In this document: positions 35,596 to 44,968 of the stretch, piece after piece
Numbering within the stretch: position 1 is the stretch's first letter
How the letters are laid out: each line of letters opens with the position of its first letter
DNA from: a virus
Lineage: Duplodnaviria > Caudoviricetes
Reading direction: 5' to 3' (one strand)
Length of the DNA stretch: 64,000 bases
IMG/VR virus record: IMGVR_UViG_3300037047_000162
Location: 3,566-67,565 of that record
The notes under the pieces: model-generated
The model's database searches: none
The model's input: the letters and a program-made list of their open reading frames with translations, nothing else
Told to the model about the DNA's origin: nothing
Translations under genes and position numbers: made by a program

Positions 35596-36621
35596 TTAGC
35601 GGGCTTCGACGTTTTCCCGCTCGCGTTGCTTCAGCCACTGCTTCCATTCGCGGTCGGCTTTGCGCTGGGCGGCCTGCTCCGCCCGGATCTCGGCTTTGGT
35701 CTTCGGCTTCGGGGGCTCGACGTTGACCGGCTCGGGCGTGGGCTCGTCGGAGACGATGGGTTCCGGCTCCAGCTCCGGCGGCGGGGGCGGCGGGTCTCCG
35801 ATGCCGGCCAGCCGCTTCAGGGCTTCGCGGGCGAGGTAGACGGCCCCGTATTCGCTGTAGACGCCGGAGATGATGATGGCGTTGGGGTCGTTGGTGACCA
35901 GCGTGATTTCCGATCGCATGGGCGGACGCGGCCTGCCAAGGGTCTTGCAAGGGGCGCCGTTCAGGCACTTGGCACGGAACATCAGGCTGCGGTAGAACCA
36001 ACCAGAGACGGCGGCCGCGAAGGTGGCGATGTCCAGTGGGTCGCCAGCCCGCTTCAAGCAGACCGCGTTGCAGTGGCCGGTGCGATCCGAGTAGCACTTG
36101 TCCGCACAGTGAACGACCCACAATTCCACGCGGAAGTCGGCTTGTTCCAGGACGTGGGTCATGGCGATCGCGGCCGCGCCCCGCCAGAGGATGTCTTCGT
36201 GGTCGATGCTGGCGTTGGCGTTCAGGTCGATCACGATGGTGACGGTCTGCGGGCCAGCCGTGTTCTGGCGTTCGCATCGCCGCCAGAACTCTTGTCCGGA
36301 CCGCAGGCGGTCGTAATCGAGTTCGCTGCCGTCGTCCTGGGCGAATCGCGTCTTGCGTTTGCGGGACTTGGGTTTGGGCAGGTCCGTGGATTCGAGTTGC
36401 TCGACCATACGTTCCACGATCTGGCAGCCGTCGTCCCACGGTGACCGGGCGGCCGAGTAGACGTCGGGCCACGAGTAGAAGGACCGGCCAATCCAGTCCA
36501 GTCGGCCGAACGGGTTGACGTTCTTCGTTGTGCTTTCGCGAACGGCTTGGCAGCTCGCGATCAGGTCTTCCACGCTGTCGAACGTGCGGACGTGTGTCTG
36601 GTAATTCTGCTGGTAGTACAT
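35596..36621 (-). CDS. VWA-like partner of a MoxR-type ATPase
   Basis: VTIVIDL.ANAS...FRVELWV; directly downstream of the AAA gene. Confidence 0.6.
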   Translation of the reverse strand: MYYQQNYQTHVRTFDSVEDLIASCQAVRESTTKNVNPFGRLDWIGRSFYSWPDVYSAARSPWDDGCQIVERMVEQLESTDLPKPKSRKRKTRFAQDDGSELDYDRLRSGQEFWRRCERQNTAGPQTVTIVIDLNANASIDHEDILWRGAAAIAMTHVLEQADFRVELWVVHCADKCYSDRTGHCNAVCLKRAGDPLDIATFAAAVSGWFYRSLMFRAKCLNGAPCKTLGRPRPPMRSEITLVTNDPNAIIISGVYSEYGAVYLAREALKRLAGIGDPPPPPPELEPEPIVSDEPTPEPVNVEPPKPKTKAEIRAEQAAQRKADREWKQWLKQRERENVEAR

Positions 36622-36624
36622 GCT

Positions 36625-37698
36625 TCACCCCCGTGCCTTTCGGATTTCGTCGTCTCGCCAACCACTGAACAGCTTGCTGTCAACCTTGTCGTAGGACCAA
36701 CCGGCCTGAACCATGCGGTGTGCCTTGATGATGAACCGCGTGCTGACGATCCGTTCGAGGCGGTTGCGTCGGGCGTTCTCGCGGTAGGCCAGCAGGCGGG
36801 CGTACAGCTCCGCGTCCGGGCAGAGTTGGCGTTCCAAGCTCTCGTCGTAGTCCATTGGGACGGTCCCGATCCGGAAGCGATCGAGCGTGCTTTCGTCCAG
36901 CTGGTTGCGGCCCACATACTGGCGGTCCGCGCCGCGGCCGAACGTGTTGGCGGCGGCGATGCAGATGAAGTCGGGGTGCCGCTTGGCAACCGGCTTGTCG
37001 TGTCTGCTGGGGACGGACAAGTGGCCGTTGGCCAAGGCGCTGTTGATGACGAGTAGGACGTTGCTGTCGGCGGCGTCGATCTCGTCGAACAGGAAGACGC
37101 CCCCGTTCTCGTAGCAATCGAGGAACTGCGTCCCTTGGAACTCGAACTGCCCGTGCTCCCCGGCGGGGACGCAGCGGCCGAGCAGCTGCGATTCCGACAT
37201 GCCGGCCGAGCAGGAGATGGAGCCGAACCGCAGGCCGAGGGCGTCGGCGACTTGCTTGGCAAGGTGCGACTTGCCGCAACCGGCCGGACCCGGCAGGAAG
37301 ATGTCTTCCCGGACGGAGGCGAGTTCGAGCACTTCGGGGAAGATCGGATGGACGGCCCCTTCGATCCGGACGGGGTCGCGATCGGGCTGGCGGATCTCCA
37401 GCACCTTGAAGCCGCCGGACTGTTCGAGCTTGGCTTCAAGCTGTTCGACCCGGCTGGTCAGGCTGGCGATCCGTTCCTTGGCGTCTTCGGTCAGGTCCGC
37501 GGCCGGGGCCGGGTGGTTGTCTTCTCCGTCGCCGTTTCCGCCGGGGACGGCGTGGTAACAGTCTGCGTGTGCCCAGCGTTGGGTTCCGTTGGCAAACTTG
37601 CGGACGAGTCTGATCGGCTCGCCCTTTTCGATCTGCTTGAAGCAGATGGCGCACTTTGCCTTGACGGTGGCGAGTTCGTGCTGTAGGGTAACGGACAT
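36625..37698 (-). CDS. MoxR/CobS/CbbQ-type AAA ATPase
   Basis: GPAGCGKS, FLFDEIDAAD, IAAANTFG, LDESTLDRF. Confidence 0.88.
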   Translation of the reverse strand: MSVTLQHELATVKAKCAICFKQIEKGEPIRLVRKFANGTQRWAHADCYHAVPGGNGDGEDNHPAPAADLTEDAKERIASLTSRVEQLEAKLEQSGGFKVLEIRQPDRDPVRIEGAVHPIFPEVLELASVREDIFLPGPAGCGKSHLAKQVADALGLRFGSISCSAGMSESQLLGRCVPAGEHGQFEFQGTQFLDCYENGGVFLFDEIDAADSNVLLVINSALANGHLSVPSRHDKPVAKRHPDFICIAAANTFGRGADRQYVGRNQLDESTLDRFRIGTVPMDYDESLERQLCPDAELYARLLAYRENARRNRLERIVSTRFIIKAHRMVQAGWSYDKVDSKLFSGWRDDEIRKARG

Positions 37699-37796
37699 TG
37701 CATTTCTCCTTGCGTCGTAAGGGGGAATGAAAAAGGCCCGGTGCGGGGGCAACCGCATCGGGCCAGTTTCGTTTGGGGACAGGGTTCGTTTAGGGA

Positions 37797-38024
37797 CTAG
37801 GGAAGGACATCGACTTCGAGCAGCTGGCGGGCGCCGCCGCATTCGGCTTTCAGTCGTTTCCAAGCCAACTGGCGGGCTTCGGTCAGGGTTCCGGTGGCGG
37901 CCACGGTCTGGCTGCTGAAGCGGCCGTTGCCGTCGGTGAAGTGAAGGTCCAAGTACCACTGGCCCCAGCCGCGGGGCTTGTGTCCGTGGGCGAATTCAAA
38001 CTGTTCGGTGTTCGTGCGTGCCAT
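37797..38024 (-). CDS. Small conserved-type phage protein
   Basis: FEFAHGHKPRGWGQWY motif; AAAGG RBS. Confidence 0.55.
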   Translation of the reverse strand: MARTNTEQFEFAHGHKPRGWGQWYLDLHFTDGNGRFSSQTVAATGTLTEARQLAWKRLKAECGGARQLLEVDVLP

Positions 38025-38649
38025 GTGCGTGCCTTTCGTGTGAGGACTTGGGTTTCGTCGCAACTCATCAGGGCAGGCTGCGAATGCCTGCCGACCCAAG
38101 GGGGAGCGTTTACCACCGCTCCCCGATCTGGTCTTGCCTTGCTAACCAGCCGGGCCTTGTTCCGGTCTGCCACCCACAAGTGAGGAGGTCTGGTTTGGGC
38201 GTCCTTGCCGCGTAACTTGGTTGTCAAAGATCGCTTGGAGTTAGCTGACTTTGGTTCCGGCTTCTGTGTGTGCGTAGTGCCAAAGCCAACTTCCACTGTC
38301 CCTAATTTCGACTGTCCTTCGGGGGGTGACAACCCGACCTGAACGTGTTGGAACAAGATTTTTCAAAATTCCCCGACCGGGGGTGGCGCGTTGCCGTTAT
38401 TTCCCTGGACAGAATGCGTTGTGGACCGATTGGTCATTTGGAAAAATTTTTGCGAGAAGGCGGAGAAATGCCGTGTTTTGCGGGCTGCTGGCGGTCCGCG
38501 CAGGACGATTTCTGCGCTGGCGGGCGGGGACTGGACGGGGCCGCACGGGGGCCAAAGCTGGCGCGGAGCGACTGAGAAGCACGGCTGGAGCCGGGGCCGG
38601 CTGGGCGGGGAGTTGCGTTCGCCCAGCCGGACACCCGGCGATGTTTCCA

Positions 38650-39327
38650 CTACGCCTTCACGGTGTGCCGCCGGGTCGCCAGGATGTCGGCGGCCGCGGC
38701 GGCGATGTTCACCACGTCGGCGATCCAGCCGACGGCCAGCGATTGCTCGACGCGGTCGCGAGGGGCGGTGCAGAGCTGGTCGTAGTCGAGGACCGGGATG
38801 TTGAGCGCCGCGGCGGACTGGCGCATCAGGATCCAGCTCACCTCGTGGGCGCGTTTTGCCCTGGCTGTCAGGTCCCCGGTCTGGCGCACGATGTGGCCGC
38901 GGTCGGCCAGGGCGTTGTAGATGGCGTCGTACCAGGCGAGCACGCGCAGGCGGCTGGGCGGAAAGACGCTGGACGCCGCGCGGTAGAGCATGACGATGCG
39001 GAAGTGGCGGGCGTACCAGGCGACCTTGAGCGGGGAGAAGTTTTCCTTGTCGAAGTTGTACGGCTCCGCGGCCCACGTCGTGCGGTATAGCGATTCGAGG
39101 GTTTCGACCTGGCGGTCCCAGGGCACGCCGATGTTGGCGTAGCACGAGGCCAGCTCGCAGCCGAAGGCGGCTTCGAGCCTGGTCCCGTGCCGCGGGTTGC
39201 AGATCGGGTTGAAGAACTCTTTGTGGTAGTACCGCAGGCCGCCTTGCCGCGCAAGGATCGGGCAGAGCCAGTCGGTGCCCGAGTTCGGCAACGACAGAAT
39301 CAGATACTGGTCGCGTGCTTGACCCAT
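38650..39327 (-). CDS. P-loop sulfotransferase-like protein
   Basis: LILSLPNSGTDWL (PRSGT-like), HKEFFNP, MLYR..SSVF, VLDYDQL. Confidence 0.65.
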   Translation of the reverse strand: MGQARDQYLILSLPNSGTDWLCPILARQGGLRYYHKEFFNPICNPRHGTRLEAAFGCELASCYANIGVPWDRQVETLESLYRTTWAAEPYNFDKENFSPLKVAWYARHFRIVMLYRAASSVFPPSRLRVLAWYDAIYNALADRGHIVRQTGDLTARAKRAHEVSWILMRQSAAALNIPVLDYDQLCTAPRDRVEQSLAVGWIADVVNIAAAAADILATRRHTVKA

Positions 39328-40253
39328 CGGGGGATCGCCTTTCCAAGTGCCTGAGTGTGCGGGTCGCCGTAGTTCACCAGCACGGCCGCCAGCTCGTTCA
39401 TGCAGTCGGCGGGCGTGCCGGCGCGGAGCGTGACCGCGTCCACGTCCTTCCAGAAGGTCTCGTTGCGTTCGATGCCGGCGGCTTCCTTGACCAAGTTGCG
39501 GAACGGGTTGCTGGCCCGATGATGGTCCACGACGGGGAGGCCGACGGAGACATGCCAGCCGAGGTGGTCGCAGACCTTTTTCAAGATCACGCCGCCCCAG
39601 ATGTCGTCGAACCGGTCGTAGGGCTGGCCCTGTCCCATCAGCGGCAAGTACATCAGCGGCAACGCCTCGCGGCGGAACGCCACGTTCATGGTGCTGATCG
39701 GGACGTACTGGCCGCGGGCGATGATGCGGGGATACGCCACGGGGTGAAACGGCCGAAGGTCCGCAGCCAGGACCAGGCTGTGCGGGGCGTCGTAGTCGCC
39801 AACGGTCTGCCACAGGCCGGCATTGACGTGGACGGACTGGAGACAGCCCCGGTTGCGATACGGGACGCCGCGAGCGGTCATGTTCAGCGCGGACGTGACC
39901 CAGCGCGGCATCCGCAGCAGAGCGTCCAGGTGGGCCTGCATAAAGGCGTCACCGGCCGGGTAGCAGTCGTCGTCGATGGTGGCGATCACGTCGGCGCCGC
40001 GGCGGGCGGCTTCGAGGTAGCCCGCGATCCTGATGCCGGCGTTCTTGCGCGAGACGATCCAGGCGTCGTCGCCCAGGTCCCGTTCGATCGAGTCCCACGA
40101 CAGGACGCAGGCGGCCTCGGGCACGCGGGGCGCTTCCGAGGCCGGTCCGTCCCATACGACGATCAGCTCGTCCCAGTCCTTCGCGGACTGCCACCGCTGG
40201 CAAAAGGTCTCCAGGCAGTCGGCCCGGTTGCTGGGAATGACAAGCACGTTCAT
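39300..40253 (-). CDS. RGP / UDP-arabinopyranose-mutase-like (GT75) protein
   Basis: SRKN, TIDDDCY, RGVPY, GLWQTVGDYDAP, MNVAFRRE, LMGQGQPYDRFDDIWGG, KKVCDHLG, GLP...H.RASNPF.NL.KE, collinear with plant RGP motifs. Confidence 0.85.
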   Translation of the reverse strand: MNVLVIPSNRADCLETFCQRWQSAKDWDELIVVWDGPASEAPRVPEAACVLSWDSIERDLGDDAWIVSRKNAGIRIAGYLEAARRGADVIATIDDDCYPAGDAFMQAHLDALLRMPRWVTSALNMTARGVPYRNRGCLQSVHVNAGLWQTVGDYDAPHSLVLAADLRPFHPVAYPRIIARGQYVPISTMNVAFRREALPLMYLPLMGQGQPYDRFDDIWGGVILKKVCDHLGWHVSVGLPVVDHHRASNPFRNLVKEAAGIERNETFWKDVDAVTLRAGTPADCMNELAAVLVNYGDPHTQALGKAIPRWVKHATSI

Positions 40254-41026
40254 GCGTTCACCTCAAATTTGACCATCGGATTGGAGCGTTCGACCTTGAG
40301 CCCCACGGCGGAGCCGGCCTTCGACTTGATGTAGCCCGCTCGCTTGCGGGCCACGAACTGGCCCCACTTGCGATACAGCCGTTTGGTGCTCTGGTTGAAC
40401 CGGTCGTGAGACAGCTGGCCCGCATTGCCGCCGCGGCCGGCGAAGATCCGGCCGTGGTCGAAATACCACCGCATGTCCTGCAGGCAGATCCGATCTTCGA
40501 GCAGGGTCTGCAGGGCGAAGTCGATGTCGGCCCGGCCGGGCAGCTCGGGATCGAAATGCCGCTGCCGCGCCGGCCCCCGCAGCCCGAACGAGCACATGAC
40601 CGGCGCGGTGAACCGGAACGGCAGGTAATCGGGCTCGATGTTCACCACGTTGCGGGTCCGCGACCAGCAGAAGACGCCGATGTCCAGGTCCGCGGCCACC
40701 TGGTGGCCGTTGTGGATGATGTGGGCGATCAGCTCCGGGTCCGTCACCTTGACCTGCTTTCCGATCTGCGGGTAAACACCCTTCATGTCGTCGTCCACCA
40801 TCACGAGGCAGTCTTCCTGGATCGTCTGGTTCAGCCAGTTACGGATCGCGATGATGCCAGGCAGGTTGTCGTGGACCAGCAGCCGGCCGGCGCCAACCGC
40901 GGCCGCATAGTCCCGCTCTTCCCGCTTGGCCACGCACACCACGGCGTCAGGCAACAGCGAGAGCATCCGCCGCATGTTCTTGACCCTGGCCCGCGACGGG
41001 ACCACGATCTTCCGTGACTCGCTCAT
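40250..41026 (-). CDS. GREB1/TET-associated (TAGT)-like glycosyltransferase
   Basis: IVVPSRAR...EERDY...IRNWL...MVDDDM...DIDF.LQ.L...GGN. Confidence 0.7.
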   Translation of the reverse strand: MSESRKIVVPSRARVKNMRRMLSLLPDAVVCVAKREERDYAAAVGAGRLLVHDNLPGIIAIRNWLNQTIQEDCLVMVDDDMKGVYPQIGKQVKVTDPELIAHIIHNGHQVAADLDIGVFCWSRTRNVVNIEPDYLPFRFTAPVMCSFGLRGPARQRHFDPELPGRADIDFALQTLLEDRICLQDMRWYFDHGRIFAGRGGNAGQLSHDRFNQSTKRLYRKWGQFVARKRAGYIKSKAGSAVGLKVERSNPMVKFEVNA

Positions 41027-41696
41027 TGATTAACCCCTGAATCAACTCGATCAGCGTCGAGGCTTTCACGCCGCGGCCGATCCCGAATTTCGGCTTCCGT
41101 GTGCTGCGCCGAACCGTCTTCAGGTCCAGCAGGTCCATCAGGATGTTCCATTCGTTCGTGTTGCTGGCCAGCACGATCACGTAGTCGTAGTGTTCGTGCG
41201 GCCGCAGGTACATCGCTTCGGGGCCTTCGGTGGCGTCCTCTTCGCCAGTCGGTTCCTCGGCCGCCGCCCGGTCGAGCCGGGCCATCATCTCGTCGATCAG
41301 CTTGCGCAGCTCGGCTTCCTCTGCCTCCAGGCCGCCCAGCAGTTGCCGCTGCAGGTCTTCGTCCGTCTCCGCCATCTCGGCGGTCGGGTGCAGCGTGGCG
41401 ATCACGATGTCCGCCTCGGCTCGCGTCAGGTCCGTGACGGCCACGGGCCACACCTGGTCCGGACCCAGCCGCTGGCGGAGGTGGCCGTCGTACAGCATCA
41501 GCCGCGACGAGTCGCCCGCCGGCCCCAGGCCGTCCGCGGGGAAGGCGAGCGCCACGTCGATGATGCCGACCTCCTGCAGCAGGCCGGTGACGGCCGCGCC
41601 CTGCTCTACCGGATGCGTGCGGTAGTTCAGCGGGTGCGGTTCGCACTCACCGATGCGGACGCGGCGGAGTTCTTTGATGCGGTCGCGGAAGGCCAT
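40947..41696 (-). CDS. ParB/Srx-like N-terminal domain protein
   Basis: PHPLNYRTHP..Q...L.EVG...LYDGHLR; acidic linker; C-terminal YDYVIV...GIGRGV. Confidence 0.8.
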   Translation of the reverse strand: MAFRDRIKELRRVRIGECEPHPLNYRTHPVEQGAAVTGLLQEVGIIDVALAFPADGLGPAGDSSRLMLYDGHLRQRLGPDQVWPVAVTDLTRAEADIVIATLHPTAEMAETDEDLQRQLLGGLEAEEAELRKLIDEMMARLDRAAAEEPTGEEDATEGPEAMYLRPHEHYDYVIVLASNTNEWNILMDLLDLKTVRRSTRKPKFGIGRGVKASTLIELIQGLINERVTEDRGPVAGQGQEHAADALAVA

Positions 41697-41825
41697 TTGG
41701 TTCGATTAACCCCAAAGGAAGGAGTATGTATGGTATGGGGGCTATGGGGGGGGGAACTGCCCTGTTGCTGATCAATAAAGAACCTGCCCTAGGGGGGGTG
41801 TGCAATGCGTCTTTCCCCTTCGTTT

Positions 41826-42107
41826 TCAGCCCGATTCTGTGTTGCCAACGATGATGTCTCGAAACGGTTTGACGGGGCAATCTACGAGGCAGGCCGGTCC
41901 TTGCGGGGACGAGCAGCGGCAATCTTCGCACTCCAGCGTTTTAATGCGGCTCTCCAACTCTTCTGCCCTTTGAATCCTGTTTCCGTCCTGGTCGTATCCT
42001 GACGCGATGTAGGCCAGTAGGAATGGACGATAGGCCGGTCGGATTCCCTGATGCTGCAGCTGGAAGTCGATCAGGTGGGCGATTTCGGCGGCCGTGACTC
42101 GCATCAT
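41826..42107 (-). CDS. Hypothetical protein
   Basis: Short ORF in operon context. Confidence 0.45.
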   Translation of the reverse strand: MMRVTAAEIAHLIDFQLQHQGIRPAYRPFLLAYIASGYDQDGNRIQRAEELESRIKTLECEDCRCSSPQGPACLVDCPVKPFRDIIVGNTESG

Positions 42108-42122
42108 GCTTCACCCGGGGGT

Positions 42123-42446
42123 TCATGCCTGCCGTGTGTCTCGGGTGTCCCGTGTATCGCTGTCTTTCCAATTCCGGCCGCAGGGGGCGTCTTGGATCGT
42201 GTCCGAGACCCTTGCCAGCGTCCGCTCGACTCGTTCGATCAGCTGGACCAGCGTCGTGAGCGTGAAGTTGACGATCTTGTAGAGCGCCCACATCATGGCG
42301 CCGATCAGGACCAGCGTCAGGGCGGCCCACAGGCCCCAGCGTTCGGCCATGTTGCTGAACACGCCGACTTCGCTGTCGGCTGCGAGCAGCACCGTGGAAA
42401 GCGAGGCGCAGGAGCCGACGATGATGAAGTAAACCAGTTTGGCCAT
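42123..42446 (-). CDS. Holin-like membrane protein
   Basis: Two hydrophobic segments, amphipathic tail and charged C-terminus. Confidence 0.5.
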   Translation of the reverse strand: MAKLVYFIIVGSCASLSTVLLAADSEVGVFSNMAERWGLWAALTLVLIGAMMWALYKIVNFTLTTLVQLIERVERTLARVSDTIQDAPCGRNWKDSDTRDTRDTRQA

Positions 42447-42568
42447 GTGAGTTCGTTTCTATCGCTGAAGTCTATCGCTGTAGTACGGACATGATGATCG
42501 AAAGAGGCCGGCCGCAACCCGAACGTTGCGGCCGGCGGGGGGGCAACGGGCAGAACGCCAGACGAGAA

Positions 42569-42898
42569 TCAACGGCAGAACCGCCCGACGGCACGCGCGG
42601 CTCTGCGGAGCGGTTTGGCGGCTCGGAGGGCTCGGATCGGCGCAGCGGCGATGCGGGCGGCGTTGCGCAACGGTTGACCGGACTTCAGCCTCGTTGCCGT
42701 TGGCTTGGCGGCCGCTTGTGGGACGGCACAGCTGCGAGACTGGCAGGCGGCTGCGGGCGCGACGTACGCGGCGATGGGCGCGTCGAGAGTCCAGCTTTGC
42801 TCCGGGGCAACGGGCAGCGGGGCGTCGGCGTGGCTGGCGCAGGAACAGGCCGCCAGCGTCAGGGTGACCAGGGCGAGTAGCAACAGGATCGGTCGCAT
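42569..42898 (-). CDS. Exported/lipoprotein-like small protein
   Basis: Signal peptide MRPILLLLALVTLTLAAC; basic C-terminus. Confidence 0.5.
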   Translation of the reverse strand: MRPILLLLALVTLTLAACSCASHADAPLPVAPEQSWTLDAPIAAYVAPAAACQSRSCAVPQAAAKPTATRLKSGQPLRNAARIAAAPIRALRAAKPLRRAARAVGRFCR

Positions 42899-43023
42899 GA
42901 AACGGTTCTCCAAAAGTGAGGGTGGGAAAAACGGTTGGTGTTTGGTAGGTCCCCGCCTGGCGCCAAGGAGTAGGCGGGCTTGGCGCTCAGGCGGGGAAGC
43001 GGGGCACGGCCCGCGGCGTGTGC

Positions 43024-43398
43024 TCAGGCGACGGAGAAGGCTTCCGCCATCGCTTGGGCGTAGACGTTGCCGGCGTCGCCGTCAGCCAGCAGTTCTGCTC
43101 GGTCGTTCAGTTCGTCGAGCATGGCGGTCATCAGGGCGGTACCGGCCTTCTGGACGCGGCGGAAACCGTCGATGCCGGCCTCGCGGACCGCGCGGTTGCA
43201 GCGGATGCGGAGTCCGACCAGCTGCAGGGCGGAACGATCGCCTTCGGCAAACGCCTTGAGTTCACTCGGTTTGTCGAAGCACTTCGTGATCAGTTCGACA
43301 ACCGCGGGCAGAACCGCTGGCAGAACCAGTTCGATCCAGCCGACCTTTTGCGCGCGGGCCGCGACGGCACCGGCATACGCTTCCAATACTCCCGACAT
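43024..43398 (-). CDS. Hypothetical (amphipathic) protein
   Basis: GGAGG RBS; clean ORF. Confidence 0.55.
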   Translation of the reverse strand: MSGVLEAYAGAVAARAQKVGWIELVLPAVLPAVVELITKCFDKPSELKAFAEGDRSALQLVGLRIRCNRAVREAGIDGFRRVQKAGTALMTAMLDELNDRAELLADGDAGNVYAQAMAEAFSVA

Positions 43399-43410
43399 GA
43401 GAATTCCTCC

Positions 43411-44187
43411 TTAGCACAAAATATTGACCGGTTTCTTACCCCAACGACGCACTCGAACGGGGGTTGTCAATGCGCGCTCGACGCTCCACCCTAACTTCAA
43501 CCGTCCGAATATCACTAGCCTGGAAATACCAAGCATTTCTCCCCATTCAGTAACGGACCTCGTTTGGCCATTGAACGTCACTTGGGTTCCATTTGTCTTG
43601 TTCCTGTTCTGCTCCTTCACGGTTGCCCAGCGGCAGTTTTCAGGCTCGTATCCTCTGTTCACATCAATACGATCGAGAGACATGCCTTCCGGACGTGGCC
43701 CCATGTCGTTCAAGAACGATTCAAACGACGCCCACCGCTCGCAGACGACAATTCCACGTCCGCCATAATGTGAAAACTGCGGGTGTTTTTCGCTGTAACA
43801 GCGGTCCATCATGTGCTGCCATGATGCGTACTCTCGTCTATTTGAAACCGCCGCTCCTTTCCATCGCTTGTCCCTCGATCCTTCACGGCAAACGATTGCC
43901 GACTTCCCACAACCTGTTATCGCGCCAACCGCAAGATGATCGATCCGCACAGCTTTCTCGAAGCCACAAGAACACCTGCACCAAGCAACTGGACGAATCC
44001 GCTTTCCACGCTGCTCACGCCCAAGGGATACGACCGTCAAACTTCCGTACTGATTTCCAACTTGGACAGTGTCAATCAATTTGTTGCGCTTACCCACGTC
44101 GAGCCTCCGTAACAGGCTTGACCACGCCCCTGTGGTAGCCGCCACGCGGGGCAAATCTGCTAAATCACCCCAATGTTGGCAGTCCAA
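43411..44187 (-). CDS. HNH-type homing-endonuclease-like protein
   Basis: CRCSCG, W..M..RCY, YGGRGIVVCERW, SLDRIDVNRGYEPENCRWAT; lower GC; start uncertain. Confidence 0.85.
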   Translation of the reverse strand: MDCQHWGDLADLPRVAATTGAWSSLLRRLDVGKRNKLIDTVQVGNQYGSLTVVSLGREQRGKRIRPVAWCRCSCGFEKAVRIDHLAVGAITGCGKSAIVCREGSRDKRWKGAAVSNRREYASWQHMMDRCYSEKHPQFSHYGGRGIVVCERWASFESFLNDMGPRPEGMSLDRIDVNRGYEPENCRWATVKEQNRNKTNGTQVTFNGQTRSVTEWGEMLGISRLVIFGRLKLGWSVERALTTPVRVRRWGKKPVNILC

Positions 44188-44968
44188 TATCTGGGCGTGT
44201 AGCGACTTCGAGGATTACGTACATCACAAGGCTTCCAAACACTCGTTCCGAGTCATAGCCGAATCCAGAGTCTCCGAAACTCTCTCCCCAGCTGTTCGCA
44301 TAGGCGGCGACAGGGCTGTTGCCGCTGAAGTCCAAGTACACATACGGCACGCAGTGCTTGGACCGGCCGACGATGCCCGTGCGGCGTTTCAGCAGGGCGC
44401 TGGCGATCATTTCGGTGCCCTGGGCTTTCGCGGCCCGGGTGACCCGGAACAGGCGCGCGGTGTCCTTCCAGCCGGCGGGACGGGACCAGCGGTAATCCAG
44501 GCCGGGGAAGCACACCGGATAGCGGCGGCGGTTTTCGGGCGTATCCAGCGGCAAGGGACCGGTCTGCTGGGCGAAGGCCATGCCATCGGAGATGTAGGCG
44601 CCCGACATCAGCGTGCTGCCGATCTGGTCGTAGATCGACATGCCGCTGAGGGCCACGCGGTGCTTGCGGCCGTACACGCGATTGCAGTGGCTCTCGACGG
44701 CCTGGCCGGTGCCGAAGCCCACGCAGCCCGAGGTGCGCCCCTGCGAGTAGATCTCCGCGATGGTCGCCCGCAGATCGGCGCGGATCGCCAGGGCCAGGTC
44801 CCGCCACTGGGAACGAGGCACCATTTCGTCGCGGCAAACCTCGTCGTACCAGGGCAGGGAATCGTAGGCGGCCAGCAACTGGCTCTCCGGCTGCATGTTG
44901 CAACCGAGGCCGTGGTCGTCGGGGACAACCGCCTCGAAGTCCAGGTCGATCCATTGCGACAGACTCAC
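44165..44968 (-). CDS. Papain-like C1 cysteine peptidase
   Basis: QGRTSGCVGF (Gln/Cys), SKHCV (His), ANSWGESFGDSGFGY (Asn); GTGA overlap start. Confidence 0.85.
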   Translation of the reverse strand: MSLSQWIDLDFEAVVPDDHGLGCNMQPESQLLAAYDSLPWYDEVCRDEMVPRSQWRDLALAIRADLRATIAEIYSQGRTSGCVGFGTGQAVESHCNRVYGRKHRVALSGMSIYDQIGSTLMSGAYISDGMAFAQQTGPLPLDTPENRRRYPVCFPGLDYRWSRPAGWKDTARLFRVTRAAKAQGTEMIASALLKRRTGIVGRSKHCVPYVYLDFSGNSPVAAYANSWGESFGDSGFGYDSERVFGSLVMYVILEVATRPDIGLPTLG

